Source: Azolla caroliniana
Lineage: Eukaryota; Plantae; Polypodiophyta
Direction of reading: 5' to 3'
Length of the DNA stretch: 64,000 nt
NCBI GenBank assembly: GCA_043228905.1
Contig: JBHGNT010000001.1
Coordinates: forward strand, 22,382,001-22,446,000
Position numbers and translations under genes: made by a program. Positions 49,944 through 64,000 of the stretch are shown piece after piece. Position 1 is the stretch's first letter. Every line of letters begins with the position of its first letter. The notes beneath the pieces were generated by a model. It searched no databases. It was not told where the DNA came from and worked only from the letters and a program-made list of their open reading frames with translations.

Positions 49944-52900
49944 AATAGAAACATATTTCTTAATTAGTGCATTAACTGAGATGTGTGTTAGTATTAGTTT
50001 AAGTTAAAAAGCCTACAAGGTTTCCATGGTTGCATGGAGGTAAACGGTAAGTGTTTTTATTTATTGAAGTATCATATGATAAATGTCATTGGCGAGTGAT
50101 GCCCCAATCCGTCATAAGACCATTGTGAGGAAGGTGACTCCTAGAAACTCATGGTGACCCTTGGACATGCAATATGCAAAAGTATGAGTGGTGTTGCCCT
50201 TTTCAAGGAAACCATATGCAATCTGGCCATTTCTGTCTAGAGTGAACAAATGCAATCTTTTGATTAAAGATCTTGATATGTCATTCTCAACTTCGTGTTT
50301 GTCTCAAGTTGAATTGAATGAGGATGATAATAGTGGTTAAGTTTGTCTTTTTGTATTTGTATGTGTCTTAACATGTGTTTTATGTGAGTGCAATAATCTT
50401 TCGCTATGCTATTAATGGCATCCTCATGTCATTTGTATATGAGAGAAACTATAAAACTAGAGTACAATTGCACTTCTCAAGTAGTGTTTTGTGTTCATTT
50501 ATTAAACCATTTGAATGTGTTGTGTGCCCAATTAGAAAGTGGGAGGGCGAGATTGGAAGAATAAAGGATAGGTTGAGAAAAGAAAGAAATAGTCAAAAGA
50601 TGGACTATAGAAATAGAAAACCATTTGGAGAGTTACTATACATATAATAGAAAATGTGATGCGATTGAAAATTGAAATGTGATAGAAAAGAGAACAAACT
50701 TACAAACAAGGATAGAAAGTCAAGCAAGATATTGTAAATAATGCATGAAAGGAGATTATATGAAACATGTATGCATTACTACATGTGTATTGTTATGGAA
50801 ATTCATACATGTGATACCATGTATCTGAATATTCTAACACATCATAAAAACATAAATCAAGGTTGGGCCACGTTGTGTGCCCAATAATCCACCATTGGTT
50901 GCTTTTAGAAAATATTCCCCTAATAAATTATGGTTGTAGCTAATTGCACATCTACAAAGTCACTTTCATTTCACACTTAAATGAAGGGCCAAATAAATAC
51001 ATGTACAATGATAAATGCATAATCAAGAGTAACCCATCCATTGATTTTTTGTGTATTTTGCTATAATTGACATAAGAACACATTCCTTGTTTTTTTATTC
51101 TCAAAATAAACACTACTTCGCATTAGTTAGCAAACACATTCCTTGTTAAACCTTCAATGAAAATAGTAAACGTGGACGTATACTTTGGTTACCCAATCCC
51201 GTTTGTTTACCAATGAGTCTTAGTCTTTAGATCAGCAAAATTAAATGTTGGAATCATGTATTATTGCATAACTGATTTTATGTCCTCAATTAAATGCATC
51301 ATGGTACCCAAACATTCAATCTCTCCCTCTATCTCTCTACATTGACATGAGCATCTAATGACATGCATGTGTCACACACTTTTCTATGATGCCGTCATAA
51401 TTGATGAGTGGAGTTGTGTATCATGAACAAAGCATGTGCATTCAAATTTAAAAGTCTGAAATTCAGAAAATAAAGCACGAATTTTCAATGTTATAGATTA
51501 GATAACATTAGCACTTTCTTGTGGAATCATTATATGTATGTATCCATTAATTCGAGAATTTCTAAATGTTTGCTTGCAAAGGTTAAAGATCATTGTGTGA
51601 GTTTTGAATGAGAATCACTTTAGGAAAAGGTTAGCGTGAGAATTGTTTGTAGGTTTTCAAGCCTTTAAAAACAAATCAAAGTTGTATACTAAAGAAAACA
51701 TAAGATCCTTGCGAAGTTGAAAATGACGCTCACATTGATCTCTAGTATGAGAAAAAGGTGACATGAAATTTGGAAGATATTACACGACAAAAAACACTAA
51801 ATGTGCAAGGGCAATTTTGCAAGTAAAGCGCGTTGAAAACAAGGCATGTATCCCACATGTAATGCTTGAGTGATAAATGGAAGGAAGCATATCGAAGATA
51901 AACTTTGACTGAGGTCTTAACTATCATGAGATTAACATGATAGAGATGAAAGAAAGGCAAGTGTTCCCACATGTGCTTTGATAATGATACCAAGTTCCAT
52001 ACAAGTCATACATAAGAAAATGTCCTCAATTGTTTATAAAATATTAAATAAAGCCACATTATTCATATAAATTGGGTACAAACATTTAAATTTTATGATG
52101 AATCAAACAAAAGGCCAATAAAGTTGACATGATCCATAATATAAGTGTTTGGTAAATAATTAGCAACAAATTTAGGATCTCAGCCCATGCAATGGAAAAG
52201 TTTAACGTATTTGTGATGACACAGTAGCCCATATATCGTCACAATGAACATATTTCAAATTTGTAGTTTACAGTGATCACATTTTTAGTTCTCTATTTTC
52301 TGATCAATTTTCATTAAATGGTTTATTTGTTTGAAACTTAATGGACACAAAAGACCATTGTCATATGGAATCCTTCAAGACCTAGACAAAAGACTATAAA
52401 CATATGTTACATAATTAATATTGATTTTACATTCATAAATTGATGAAATATGTTACATACACACGTCATATGTAAAGTTTGAGTGAGTTTCTAGTATCAC
52501 ATGCTTACCATGAAATGAGGATGTGAACAATTGTTGAACACACGTCTTAGAAAATATAGTAACACGCGTGAGTTGGGGAATACCTGTAGACATGCACACA
52601 GCTTGAGAAATGATACCCTGTAACTCTTAATAAACAATAATTTATAGCAATATTTTCATGTCAAAGCTTGTGTTTTGCCAATTAAAAACAGTAATCTTTG
52701 AACTTCACAACTTAATGTTTCAAAACTACATGGACTAAATGGCTAGAAATACAACGAAGAACAAATGATACACATATGCACAAAATTTGTTTCTACTCTC
52801 AATTTATATCATGTATATTTTGTTTGGATCTAGCAATGTAATATTTGCTTGTACGAAGAGCTTGCACCACATAGACTCCAAAAAACTATACACCTATGTG

Positions 52901-55899
52901 ACCTTGATCTGTTCTTTATTGCCATAAATGGGATGTAATTCTATAGTTTCTTTTGATTTTCAATCTTTTAAGTTTGCGTGGTCACATTTTATTGCAATGT
53001 AAGTAGAACATGATTTGATCCGGTCATAAAATCTGCACTACTAAAGTTATCTTCATCTGTCAAGTAATGATGAATTGAATTCATTTATGATTTACTCCAA
53101 GCAATACCATTCATTTATAACTTGTCTTAGTTAATCATGCGTTCAAGTAAGCTACAACAACACGTCCATAACTTCATTTGGAAACTTCCCAAATGGCAAG
53201 CATTCTTTCATCCAAGCAATTTTTACCTTGGGAAACACACATACATTGATTGAAGCCATTGATCTAGAATCAAAACGGAGTAACATAGTAGTGTAGCTAC
53301 ACACATTCAACATGTTTGTATTACTTGGTTTCACATGTGTGTATGACAAATATTACAATCATGCACCAAAATTGAAATCATGCTCTTTCCAACCTTGTGC
53401 CAATACATGCACAAGTGCTTAGAATGACTATTTTAAATAAATATTATACTTAGTTACAATATCGTAGTTACAATTTCAAGATATTGTGGATTTTCTTGCT
53501 GTTCAAATTTCAAATACTTCATACATGCACTCCACATCTATCATGCTCATCAATCTTTGTTTCTACAAGTTGTCGACCAAATCAAGATGCATCTAGACTC
53601 ATTTATGTCAATATGATTATATGTTATATCCCTTAACACCATATTCATAAAGCCCGATTGTTTTAATCTTGATTATAAAATATAACACTTTCAATGAACT
53701 CCTCGAGCTAAAGAATATCATTGACATTAATGTAATTGATTAAAATTGTTTACATGGAATAACATCATATAAAATTGATAAGACTTTGAGAGAGCAAACA
53801 AATGTAGCTCAATTAGGAAGGTTTTCTATTGGAGACTACAAAAAGTCTACATTCAACTCTAGATTCTAAAATGGAATTTTGTTAAGTAGTGCAATTAGTA
53901 AAATTGGAACCCATGTCCATGAGTTAATATAAACATGGCTTACCTAAGAAAGTGATAGACAAATGATTTTCTAGGTAAATTAGCCATCCTAAAAATCCAT
54001 AAAGATGGAGAGACTTGATTTTTTATCATAATCCTCATATGTCAAATTTGAACCTATGGAACTAATGTGATATATTTTTAAAAAGTGTGGACAAAGCTAG
54101 TGATTCTTAATGTTCAAGAATGAAGTTGCAATTGACAGTGCACATTCTAAGCAAGGGTGACATTTCCTAAAGGTAGTTCACGGTTTATAGTGTGAAGAAT
54201 TTGCTCAAAGGTGGACCAATGAGTAGGTTGTGATACTCAAACTTATAAACTCAATTCAAAGAAAAACTATGGGAAACAAAGGAAATAATATGAGGGTAGT
54301 AGGAGGTTTGTGTCATCTAAAGAAAGAAGGGAAATAATAAGGTAGTGAAGCATATACATAGAACAAACATAAACAATAAACGAGAAAACAAGGGAAAAGA
54401 ACATCAAGAGTGCCAACTAAGTTAAACATTGTTATAAAAGAACAATATGATACAAGATCTACCCTCCCAGCCCTTGAATATTTCCTTGGATAATTAGGGT
54501 TGGAGGTTTCGCACTGGTTGGTTTGCCCTACAAGCCTTTCACCCCAAATTGTACTAGTGATAACAATCTTCCACCAAAGGCCAAACAGTTCTAGAATGTT
54601 TCTCTTTGCTTCCAAAACCTTTATGTTTAACTTTTATGTGTAGGAAGGAATCATCATTGTTGTGGTAGAAGATTTTCAACTTCATGAAGGAGTCAAACTT
54701 CTAGTATCATTGACATTGTGCATGTTTTAGGTCATGCCATAAGGCTATAGGTTTCTCCGTGTATGCCTCCTTAAGGTTATCATGGAGGAAGGTGGTTTCA
54801 CTTCCATTTGTTGAAGCTCTTTATCCTCCTTCCCCACAATTGTAAATAACATCTACATTTGTTTTCTGTACAATTAGAGAGAAGTGTTTGTTAAAATCTA
54901 TTCCATGTTGTTGCTTGAATCCCTTGGAATATATCACAAACAAACTTCAACCTATATATCCACTTGCATTGTAGAGTTGCCTTTTGATAAGGGTACCATT
55001 CTTAAGTCTTATTCTTGAGAGTTGACTCCATCTCTCTCTTGATGGTGAGCTCCCATTAGCACTACTTTTGACCTACATAACCTCTCTATATTAAGATAGA
55101 TCTTTGTTACAAGCATAGCAATAACCATAGTTGTGGGCTAATTTGTAAGGATGCAAGGTGAGGATTGAGTTATTTCAATCCTATAGTGGGAGATAACTTT
55201 AGAGTGTTTCATCAGTTGGTATTATGAAAAGCAACCAAATGTGAAACACACAGGGGCCTAGGGTTTTGAGATAGAGACTCATAATGTGGTAAATATCTAG
55301 CTTCATACACGTATGCCTCCTTCTTCAAACCCAACATATGATCCATGTTTGTACACAGTTGTATGGGACACAAGCGGGGGACTTGGATCTATCTCTTACC
55401 TTTGCGAAGGGGTGGAGAGGTGGATTGGGAACCTTTCTTCCTTATTTTCCTCTTTAATTTTGCTTAACATTAATTAAGATTCTAACAATCGCCTGCCTTT
55501 GTTAACATCACATAATTCTTTCCTGGCACAAAACTATTTAGAGGATGTCATTTTTGGGCAAATCTTCCTATTTTGGTTGATTATTGGGTTAATGCACATC
55601 ATGCCTCAATCTTGTGGATATGCTAAATTATCCTTTAGCAACAACATCAAGATCTTTCTAAGACCCATTGTCGTCCGTTACTTGTTACATATCGTTGATC
55701 CCTCCTAAGTAGAAGATCATGATCATTGTCCATGTGGGTTTGCAAAAACAACCCTTTCTACCTTCACTTCTTTCATTGGGTGATGTTGCTTCTCCATGCC
55801 AAAGACCATGTTACTAAACTACTTTGAATCACTCTTTCTATCACATCTCATTTGGCATATGAGCATATGCATCATAGTCAATTGTCCTCAAGTGACCAA

Positions 55900-56800
55900 A
55901 ATGTGAGGCTTGTCCATGTTAAGTTCATGAGCTACCTTCAAGCTCTTTTGTTTTCTTGGAGAAGTATCAATTATGTGGACAATGGTTCACATCATTCCCA
56001 TCCAAAACTCATTATTCAAGTTGATAGTAAATCATCATTTTTATGTACTCCTAGGAACTTTGATTCATCTTTTCTAATCCGCTATTCTAATTCAAGGTAT
56101 ATCGAGTTGTAATATATCATCAAATTCTTTAATCTTCATCGAGATTATAAAAATCCCAATTAGTGATATTCCCCTCCAATATCCCACGGTAGAGCTTCCA
56201 ACTTCACGCCTTTCACCATTTCACAATTTCAATGGCATCAAGCCACATCTTGAAAGTCATGGAGACTTCATCCCTACTTTTCAAGAGTTGTCCACACACT
56301 TTTGTGTGACATCACTATTGAAGGTAACAAAGTATAATGTTCCACCTACACAATACATTGGCATTGATTTGCACACATAAAAATGCAATAGGTCAAGCAC
56401 ATTATTAGTATATTCCACAAGCATGTTATGAACATTCATGTTGCGGTGTGTTTGTGGTGTGGGAAGGGAGAAAAACACGAAACTCAAGTTTCTTGATAGG
56501 TCAAGATTTTAATTGAACTCATATTGAGAAGAAATGGTGAGAAAAAGATAATAAAGATTCATAGCTTAAATGGTTACAAACACTAGCCATATGATCAGGG
56601 TTATGAGTTGGATTACCCACACAACTCTTACACCCTTTCTTTAGAAACACCACCAAGTCCCTTCCATGGTATAAGATCTTGGTGGTGCTACTTCGCATTT
56701 TTCACATCCTTCTTACAATTTCTCAAGACACCTTTTCTAACTCAGCATGAAGGCGCAATATAGTGGAAATAGAAAATGAACCATTTGAATGGTTAGCCCA
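55900..56800 (-). pseudogene. Highly decayed Copia integrase remnant
   Basis: MPMYCVGGTLYFVTFNSDVTQKC resembles the Copia IN motif SLGGxxYFVTFIDDxTRK; boundaries uncertain. Confidence 0.4.
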
Positions 56801-57479
56801 ATTGTGGGTTCCACAACTACCACCTCAGGCACCATGAATGATGGTGTCAACTTTTTCATCGACCAATTCTTAAAAGGTTTTTTTTTCTATACTTAATTAG
56901 CATTGCATGTGCATTTGAATGGAAGTTATTGATATGTTTAGGCAAGAAGAAAGAACGGTGGATTAATTTCCTTTGAGCCTCATTCCTCTCCTACATTGTC
57001 TATTCAAAATGATTGTTTCCTAACTTGGGACCAAGGAAAGTTGCCTTTGTAGGGCCCCTTTTTGTTTCCTTCAATTTTCTTTTCATTGATACAATAGATT
57101 TATGATGATGAAGCGAATGATCAAGATAGATAAATATGGAGATCTTGCCAAATGTAGTGTTAAAAGGGTGGTGAAAACCACCAATCAATTTCAGAGTGAG
57201 AATATCCAACATTTAAAGATATACAATGACAAGATTCTTCAAAAAGGAGAAAGTGAGTCAAACATTTTAAGATGCTTTAATCGGGTGGTCTCCATTGCAT
57301 TACACAAATAGACGGCAATACTTCAACAAGTCTATTTGTGTAATGCAATGGAGAATTCAAGTCTATTTAAGATGCATCCTAGGGTGTCTTCAAGCAAGCA
57401 TTGCTCAAGAATTCAGGATTGTAAGGAGCAAGGAAAACCCCTCTAGAAGAGTCCTAGAAGTGGGTATGGATGATGTTGA

Positions 57480-59030
57480 GGGTTTTTTGCTCGGCAACAT
57501 GTATGATTCACATCTACGAACATAATCCTTAACAAAATGGCAAAGTCATGGCCACCAATATCTTCAAGAAATTAACTCGAAAGTCTTGTGGATGCCAAAA
57601 TGTCTAGCCATTGGTGTGTCATGACATTGTTGCAAGACTTGGAGTCGAGAAGGACCGTCGGGCACATATAATAGATTTTGTCGAAAAAGTAAACCATCAT
57701 GCCAACTGAACTAGATGTGGTGTGGATAAGGATTTTGAGATTGTGAGCAAGAAGCACGATCTGAGATAATATCCATGGCTCAAAATTTCTTGGGCAAATT
57801 CATCAGTCTCAATATGCTCCCAAATGGAATAAAAAAGACTTGAATCTCCAAGTGTTTTTATAGTATGAATTGCCATTAATCGTAGATGGTCCAGATCTTA
57901 GAGGATTTTCTTCTGACTTTCAAATGCGGCCTATCTTGGTTGAAGCTCCATATACGAACGCCGAGATAAAGTGTCTGCTTTTCCTTGTTGCATCCCAGGG
58001 CGATATATAGTTACAAAATCAATACAAGTTAAGAATTGCACCCAACGAGCTTGTTGATGACTCAAGACTTGAGCATTTTGGAAATATGTTGGATTTTTTT
58101 TATCATTGTAGACAATAATCCGTTGAGAAGAACCCTCCAAAACATGACACCATTGTTGAAAAGAATCCATAATAGCAAGAAGCTCTTTGTTGTGAATATT
58201 GTAGTTGATTTCTACACTTCAAATTTTTGTGAGTGAAAAGCCACAGGGTGCAGTTGGCCATCATCTTCAATCTGGGATAGCATGCTTCCTAGTGCGAAGT
58301 TGGAAGCATTAGCTTCGAGTATAAAACACTTCATTGGATCAACATGCATCAAAATTGGTGTTAATGTAAATGCTTGTTTTAAACCCTCAAATGCAGATTT
58401 TGCATTTGTACTCCATACAAATGGTCAATTATTTTGTATGAGTTGAGTGAGGGGCAACACGATCTTTGAATAATCTTTGATGAACTTGCGATAAAAGTTT
58501 GCGAACCCCAAAAAGCATTGCACATCTCGTACAGACTGTGGTGTTTGCTAATCCAAAACTATTTGAATCTTTACTGGATCCATAGAGATGCCACTTGAAG
58601 AGACTATATACCCCAAAAATTTCACTTAACACTGGTTGAAACAACACTTCTACAATTTTTCATAGAGACCATATTCTCGCAACTGTTGCAAAGCTTGGCA
58701 AACATGATTATCATGTTCCTCTTGAGTTTTTGCGTAGATCAAGATATCATGCATGCAAACTATGATGAAGATATTGAAGAAATCTCAAAAAATGTCATTC
58801 GCCATATGTTGAGAAACTATTGGTGCATTCGTGAGACCAAATGGCATCATTGTGTACTCAAAATGGCCATAGAGAGTGCGGAAAACAATCTTCCATTCAT
58901 TCCCAAGACGAATTCGAACAAGGTTGTAGGCACCTTAAAGATCTAACTTTGTGAAATATTTTGCTCCATTGAGACATTCTAGAAGGCGTGAGATCAATGG
59001 TAGAGCATATTTGTTTCGAATAGTCACTTT
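57480..59030 (-). pseudogene. Degenerate chromovirus-type Gypsy RT-RH-IN fragment
   Basis: RH/connection WCHVLEGS...QARWVQFLT.IDFVTIYRPG.QQGKADTLSR; a [22 protein letters not shown]-like stretch near 58460-58530; IN zinc-binding remnants near 57500-57620. Confidence 0.75.
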
Positions 59031-59520
59031 ATGAGAGAAAGTATTTTCTTTCTCTCTTGTAACTGGTTGGTAGCGAGGTCATAGAGCTCGAGGTCATTGC
59101 CTCAGAGTCTCACATTGTAATACCTCTCCTCATAGTGATATTGTTCGGAGTTCAGCAAACTCCCGTGGTTTTCCCCCGATTAGGGTTTCCACGTTAATAT
59201 CCTGTTTCGTCTTGTCGGACTGTGTAAGTGCATCCATCCGTACTTTACTTTTGTTTCTTCCATTGAGTGATTACGACCTGGTTGTGGCCAAGCGCTATTT
59301 GTAACAAACTGGTATCAGAGCGAGGTATCAAGCTTCAATGAAGAGAGTAAGGCTCATGAACTCTGGGAGAAGATAGGCATCATGTTTCAGAACAAGAATG
59401 TCGTAAATCGAGTCTCAGTATTCCGGAAGTTAGAGTGACTCAAATATCAAGATGGCTCCAACATGGTGGAGCACATGAATGCCTATTAGAAGTACCTCTA
59501 GCCGACGAGCTACTTGTGTT
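59031..59520 (+). mobile_element. Family B fragment: 3' half of LTR (to 59306), PBS (59310-59321) and deleted gag
   Basis: TCCCGTGGTTTTCCCC..GGGTTTCCACG box; TGGTATCAGAGC; FNEESKAHELWEKI gag sequence. Confidence 0.8.
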
Positions 59521-59527
59521 CGTTAGC

Positions 59528-59763
59528 TTTGATTCACCTATTTGAACTCTGAAATCCGATATCATACAAGGACGATATGAGCTTTTGAATCCATGCGGTT
59601 GCTCTTGTATTTGTCTGCTTTATTTGTGACACAACTTTTCTTTGTCTTTTGTGTCTCTCGACCTGAATTTCAAAATTCAGATTTTATGATGTCATATCAT
59701 AGCTTGCTTTGGTAGTTTTGATTCACCTATTTGAACTCTGAAATCCGATATCATACGAGGACG
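59528..59763. repeat. 47-bp direct repeat pair
   Basis: TTTGATTCACCTATTTGAACTCTGAAATCCGATATCATAC(A/G)AGGACG at 59528-59574 and 59717-59763. Confidence 0.8.
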
Positions 59764-60653
59764 CATAACCTTCTTCTTGAGTATTCCTTTTTCTATCTAT
59801 CTTCTGTTCTCTCATCTCTCCTCTAATTCCTCTCACACATACACATAACACACATATCTTCCGCTACACAATAATCATACCCGATTCTTTACAATTGTTC
59901 CGAAGCCCACATTGAAAGTGATCACCTAAAGCTTGATCATCCTAGGTGACGTCACATGCTAGTTATCGGAATTCCGAAGCATAGACAGAAGCTACTCGCG
60001 AACCTTGTTCGAGTACATAAAGCTTGGTGAGGACTGTACGTCACCGGTCCGTCTCTCCAAATGTGGCCTCTAACTCGGCGAGGAAGACGAGAAAGTCCTC
60101 CAATAGAGGTGACAAAGTTTCTACTAAAGGTGCAAACCAAGCATTGGCTGAACCGGACAGGAGGGTGCCTAGAAGTCCAACTTGTCGAAGACCATCTGCG
60201 TAAAGTAGAGGTTATAGCCGAAGGATTAGACCAATTTGGTTGAAGAAACGTTGGAAACGTGACCTAGTTCCATCAAATTTTTTTGGGAGGCTAATCTTAG
60301 GCTCAATAAAATGAGAAGAAGCTATATCAGATGTTGGTAGAAGATTGGGCTTCAGGCTAGGTGTGGTGGGACACTAGGCTCCGTGGGCAGTGAGGATAGG
60401 GATACGCCGACTCAAAGTTCTCATAAAGAATTCCAAAGAGCTTCATTTTTAAGTTAGAGTTGTTGTAAGGCTATCACTATCTGGCTTAAGTCACAGGCTA
60501 CGAGGATGGGAAGGTGATCAAACTGTCACAGGTAGAAAATATACACAAGAGAGTAGAAGATAATCAAAGGGATGAGTTGATTAATTGAAAGACTCCATAA
60601 TTGGTGTTGTTCACCTTGATTGTAATCTAGGTGAACACAGATATTTATACAAA

Positions 60654-61680
60654 TGTACGGAAATAACACTCGGCCACAATCGAGTCTTAAACAACCAATG
60701 GAAGAGAACAAACTGAAATGGAGATTGATGCACTTCTATGAAAAACAGAGAGGACACAGGATGTTTACGTGGAAAACCCTAATAGGGATAAAAAACCACA
60801 GGAGCCCACAGACTCCAACTATCACTATAGGAGAAAAGAGTACAGTAGAGGACTCTAAGGCAACGACCTCGAGCTCTGTATCTTCGCCAACCGACGGTTA
60901 CACTAGAAGCTAGTTCAACTTCTCTTCTCTCTCTCTGTACTACAATGATACAACGGACAAAATTCTTACAAAGTGATTGCCCTAAGTCATAGTTATACTG
61001 ATATGACTTTAAGAATATTTACAAATGCAGCCTCTATAGACACACCAGAAACATATTTGCAAATATGTCCCTAGATCCCATTCACACCGCATCCATCCAG
61101 ATACCTTCTATTCTGGTCGGGTTGCTGCATCCGGTCCGGTTCCTTCCTTCGGCTCGTCCGATCCGGATCCTCAAATTCTCATCCGGATCCCATTTGGAGG
61201 GACCGAATTCATTCAAGAATGGGATTTCTCGTTAGTCTGATCCGTCTCTGACACGTGTCCAATTTGTCGGTTGTCAGCATCTTGGTCAGCATATATGACC
61301 CATTCTCTTCCTTGTGGATCATCGTCAGCATGAAGTCTTGATCTTCTACCTTCTCTCGGAGCTAGTGATATCTTCTCTGGATGTGCTTGGTCTGGGAATG
61401 GTAGGTTGCATTCATTGCAAGGTGGATGTCACTTTGGCTATTGCAATAGAGACAATATTCCTCTTGTCGGATCCCTAACTCCCCGATGAAGTCCTTCATC
61501 CAGATTACTTCCTTGCCGGCTTCCACAACTGCCATGTACTCCGCCTCCGTTGTTGACAGTGCAATGGACTTCTGCAGCCTCGACTACCACGACACGACTC
61601 CCCTTGCATATGTCATGACATATCCAGATGTAGACCGGTTGGTATCCACATCAACCAACATATCTAGTTGGGGTTTACCT
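60654..61680 (-). mobile_element. Older family B element 3' end (LTR ~60654-61210 plus RNase H), interrupted at 61681
   Basis: TGTACGGAAATAAC LTR start and family boxes; RH remnant in 61215-61680; LTR inner end and PPT deleted. Confidence 0.8.
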
Positions 61681-64000
61681 TGTCAGGAATAGACCCTTCT
61701 ATTCACCTTCTCTCCTCGGCCACAACCGATTAATTGCGGATCAATGGAGCAGAAAATAGGAACCACACGGAGAAACAAAAAAAAAAACGCGAGTACACAG
61801 AGATTAACGTGGAAAACCCTATACGGGAAAAACCACGGGAGTGCGAGACTCCAAACCAAAATATGCACAGAGAAATATACAATGGCGAGCTGCAAGGCAA
61901 CGACCTTGAGCTCGCTTTCTTCACCACAGGCGGCGGTATTACACAGAGGCGTCTACCTCTTCCTCTCTCGCGCTCTCTCTCTCTCTCTCTCACGGCTGCT
62001 CTCTCTTCACTCCTCTAAAGTGGAAAAACAGAAAAATGAGAAGCAACAGTAAAACTGTTTGCCCTAAGTCATATTTATACTTATATGACTTTGGGCTATT
62101 TACAACTGTGGCCTCAGGGGCCCATAGCGAACATATTCACGGATATGTCCCTGCATCCGGATCGCTCTCCGGGTACATTCGTCATCCGGTACCGAAACCG
62201 AAACCGGGCTCGTCGGCATTCATCTCCGACATCCGACCATCCCATCCGAAGGGACCGTAATCCCAACAAACTCCCCCTTCACTTCGGCATGGGATGTCTT
62301 TCCAATCCGATCCTCTTCCGGCATGCTTCCAGCTTGTCGGGTGTGAGCACCTTGGTCAGCGTATCCGACCCGTTCTCGTCCGTGTGGATCTTTGTCAGCA
62401 CGAACTCCTTGTCTTCTATCCTTTCCCGGATCCAGTGATATCTTCGTTGGATGTGCTTCGTCCGGGAGTGATAGGCCGCGTTCTTCGCAAGGTGGATTGC
62501 ACTCTGACTGTCGCAGTAGAGTCGGTACTCCTCCTGTCGGATACCGAGCTCTCTAATGAAGTCCTTCATCCATATTATTTCCTTGCCAGCTTCAACAGCC
62601 GCCATGTACTCCGCCTCCGTGGTTGACAACGCAACCGTCTTCTGCAGCCTCGACTGCCATGAAACAGCTCCCCCTGCATACGTCATCACATACCCTGATG
62701 TGGACCGGCTGGTATCTGCATCAGCCGACATATCCGAATCGGTGAAACCGTCGAGTTCGGGTTTACCGGAGCCGAATCGGAGGCACACATTCGTTGTGCC
62801 CTTCAGGTATCGGAGTATCCACTTGACCGCGTTCCAATGCTCTTTGCCGGGATTGCTCATGTACCGGCTCACCACTCCGACTGCATATCCGATGTCCGGT
62901 CTCGTACACACCATGGCGTACATCAAGCTCCCGACGGCTGAGGCATACGGCACTTTCATCATATCCTCCTTTTCAGCCTTTGTCTTGGGACTTTGCTTGC
63001 TGGACAGCTTGCAGTTTGCCGGGAGGGTCGATCCGACCGGTCTTGCTTCCGACATGTTGAACCGGTGAAGCACCTTCATCACGTACTTCTCCTGTGACAG
63101 CCACAACTGCTTCTTCCTCCGGTCCCGTATGATGTGCATCCCTAGTATTTGTCTCGCCGGACCCAGGTCCTTCATTGAGAAGGTTCGGTGAAGAGCCTTC
63201 TTCAGCATCCGTATCTTGACCTGGTCCCGTCCGACGATCAACATGTCGTCCACGTACAGGAGGAGTATTAGGAAGTCTCCTCCTTCGAACTTCTTCACAA
63301 ACACGCAGTGGTCGGACTGCGTTTTGAGGTACCCTTCGTCGGTCATGAAGGAGTCGAACTTCCGGTACCATTGCCGGGGAGCCTGCTTCAGTCCGTAAAG
63401 GCTCTTCTTCAACCGGCATACCAGGTGCTCCTTCCCTTTCTTCTCGAATCCTTCAGGTTGCTGCATGTAGATCTCTTCATCGAGGTCACCGTGAAGGAAT
63501 GCCGTCTTCACGTCCATCTGTTCTACCTCGAGGTCCAAGCTTGCCGCTATGCTCAGCACCGTCCGGATGGAGGTCATCTTCACTACCGGGGCAAATATCT
63601 CGTCGAAGTCGACGCCCTTCTTCTGCTGAAACCCCTTCACCACGATCCTGGCTTTGTATCTCGGGGGGTTTCCGGCATCTCCCGGTTTCAGCTTGAACAC
63701 CCACTTGTTTCGCAGTGCCCGCTTTCCTTTCGGCAACCCCACAAGTTCATATGTGTGGTTCTCATGCAGGGAATCCATCTCGTCCTGCATGGCACTCAAC
63801 CACCTGCGGCTCTGGGTGTCATGCTTTGCTTCTTCAAAGCTCTCCGGCTCCCCCTCGTCGGTTAGCAGCACGTGCTCTGGTTCCGGAAATCTCCGGGGGG
63901 CCCTTCTCTCTCATAGAGGATATCTCCGTTCCGGAGCTTCGGTAATCGGTTCTTCCGATTCTTCTTCATCCGAATCCATTTCGGGATCGGGGCCGGTTTC
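61681..64000 (-). mobile_element. Young family B Copia element, 3' part (3' LTR 61681-62268; continues beyond the window)
   Basis: LTR TGTCAGG...CCCAACA; PPT 62271-62280; open RT-RH frame. Confidence 0.92.
62279..64000 (-). CDS. Copia pol, intact RT and RNase H (5' part outside the window)
   Basis: Uninterrupted ORF of at least 530 aa with QMDVKTAFLHG, LYGLKQAPRQW, LLLYVDDML, ALSTTEAEY and SRTKHIQRRYHWIRE. Confidence 0.9.

Noticed and set aside
50000-55900. Possible host gene exons in the AT-rich stretch
   Set aside because: Only short ORFs with no recognisable motifs; most likely decayed repeats or intergenic DNA. Small exons cannot be excluded without RNA data.

Overview
This is a repeat-dense plant nuclear region, probably from a non-seed land plant such as a fern (inferred from the TE families). 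It contains no intact host gene. It is a nest of LTR retrotransposons: two related Copia elements, one inside the other (189-6871 within 1-~9180); at least eight full, deleted or solo copies of a Tnt1/Tork-like Copia family (family B); chromovirus fragments; and a 9.6-kb non-chromovirus Gypsy element (39393-49003). It also holds three DNA transposons. Three structures stand out. (1) The Gypsy element has no polypurine tract; a tRNA-3'-end copy ending in CCA, complementary to its own PBS, sits 2 nt before the 3' LTR, which suggests tRNA-primed plus-strand synthesis. (2) A 9.7-kb Sola2-like DNA transposon (14299-23998) sits in a (CT)n tract inside a 60S acidic ribosomal protein P3 pseudogene. 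It carries convergent accessory coding sequence with an FCP1/NIF phosphatase-like domain and intronic arrays of the palindrome TAGCTAATTAGCTA. (3) An 893-bp TGT...ACA element with a 4-bp ACGG TSD (Ginger-like) carries a captured LTR fragment. Family names come from recalled motifs, not database searches.
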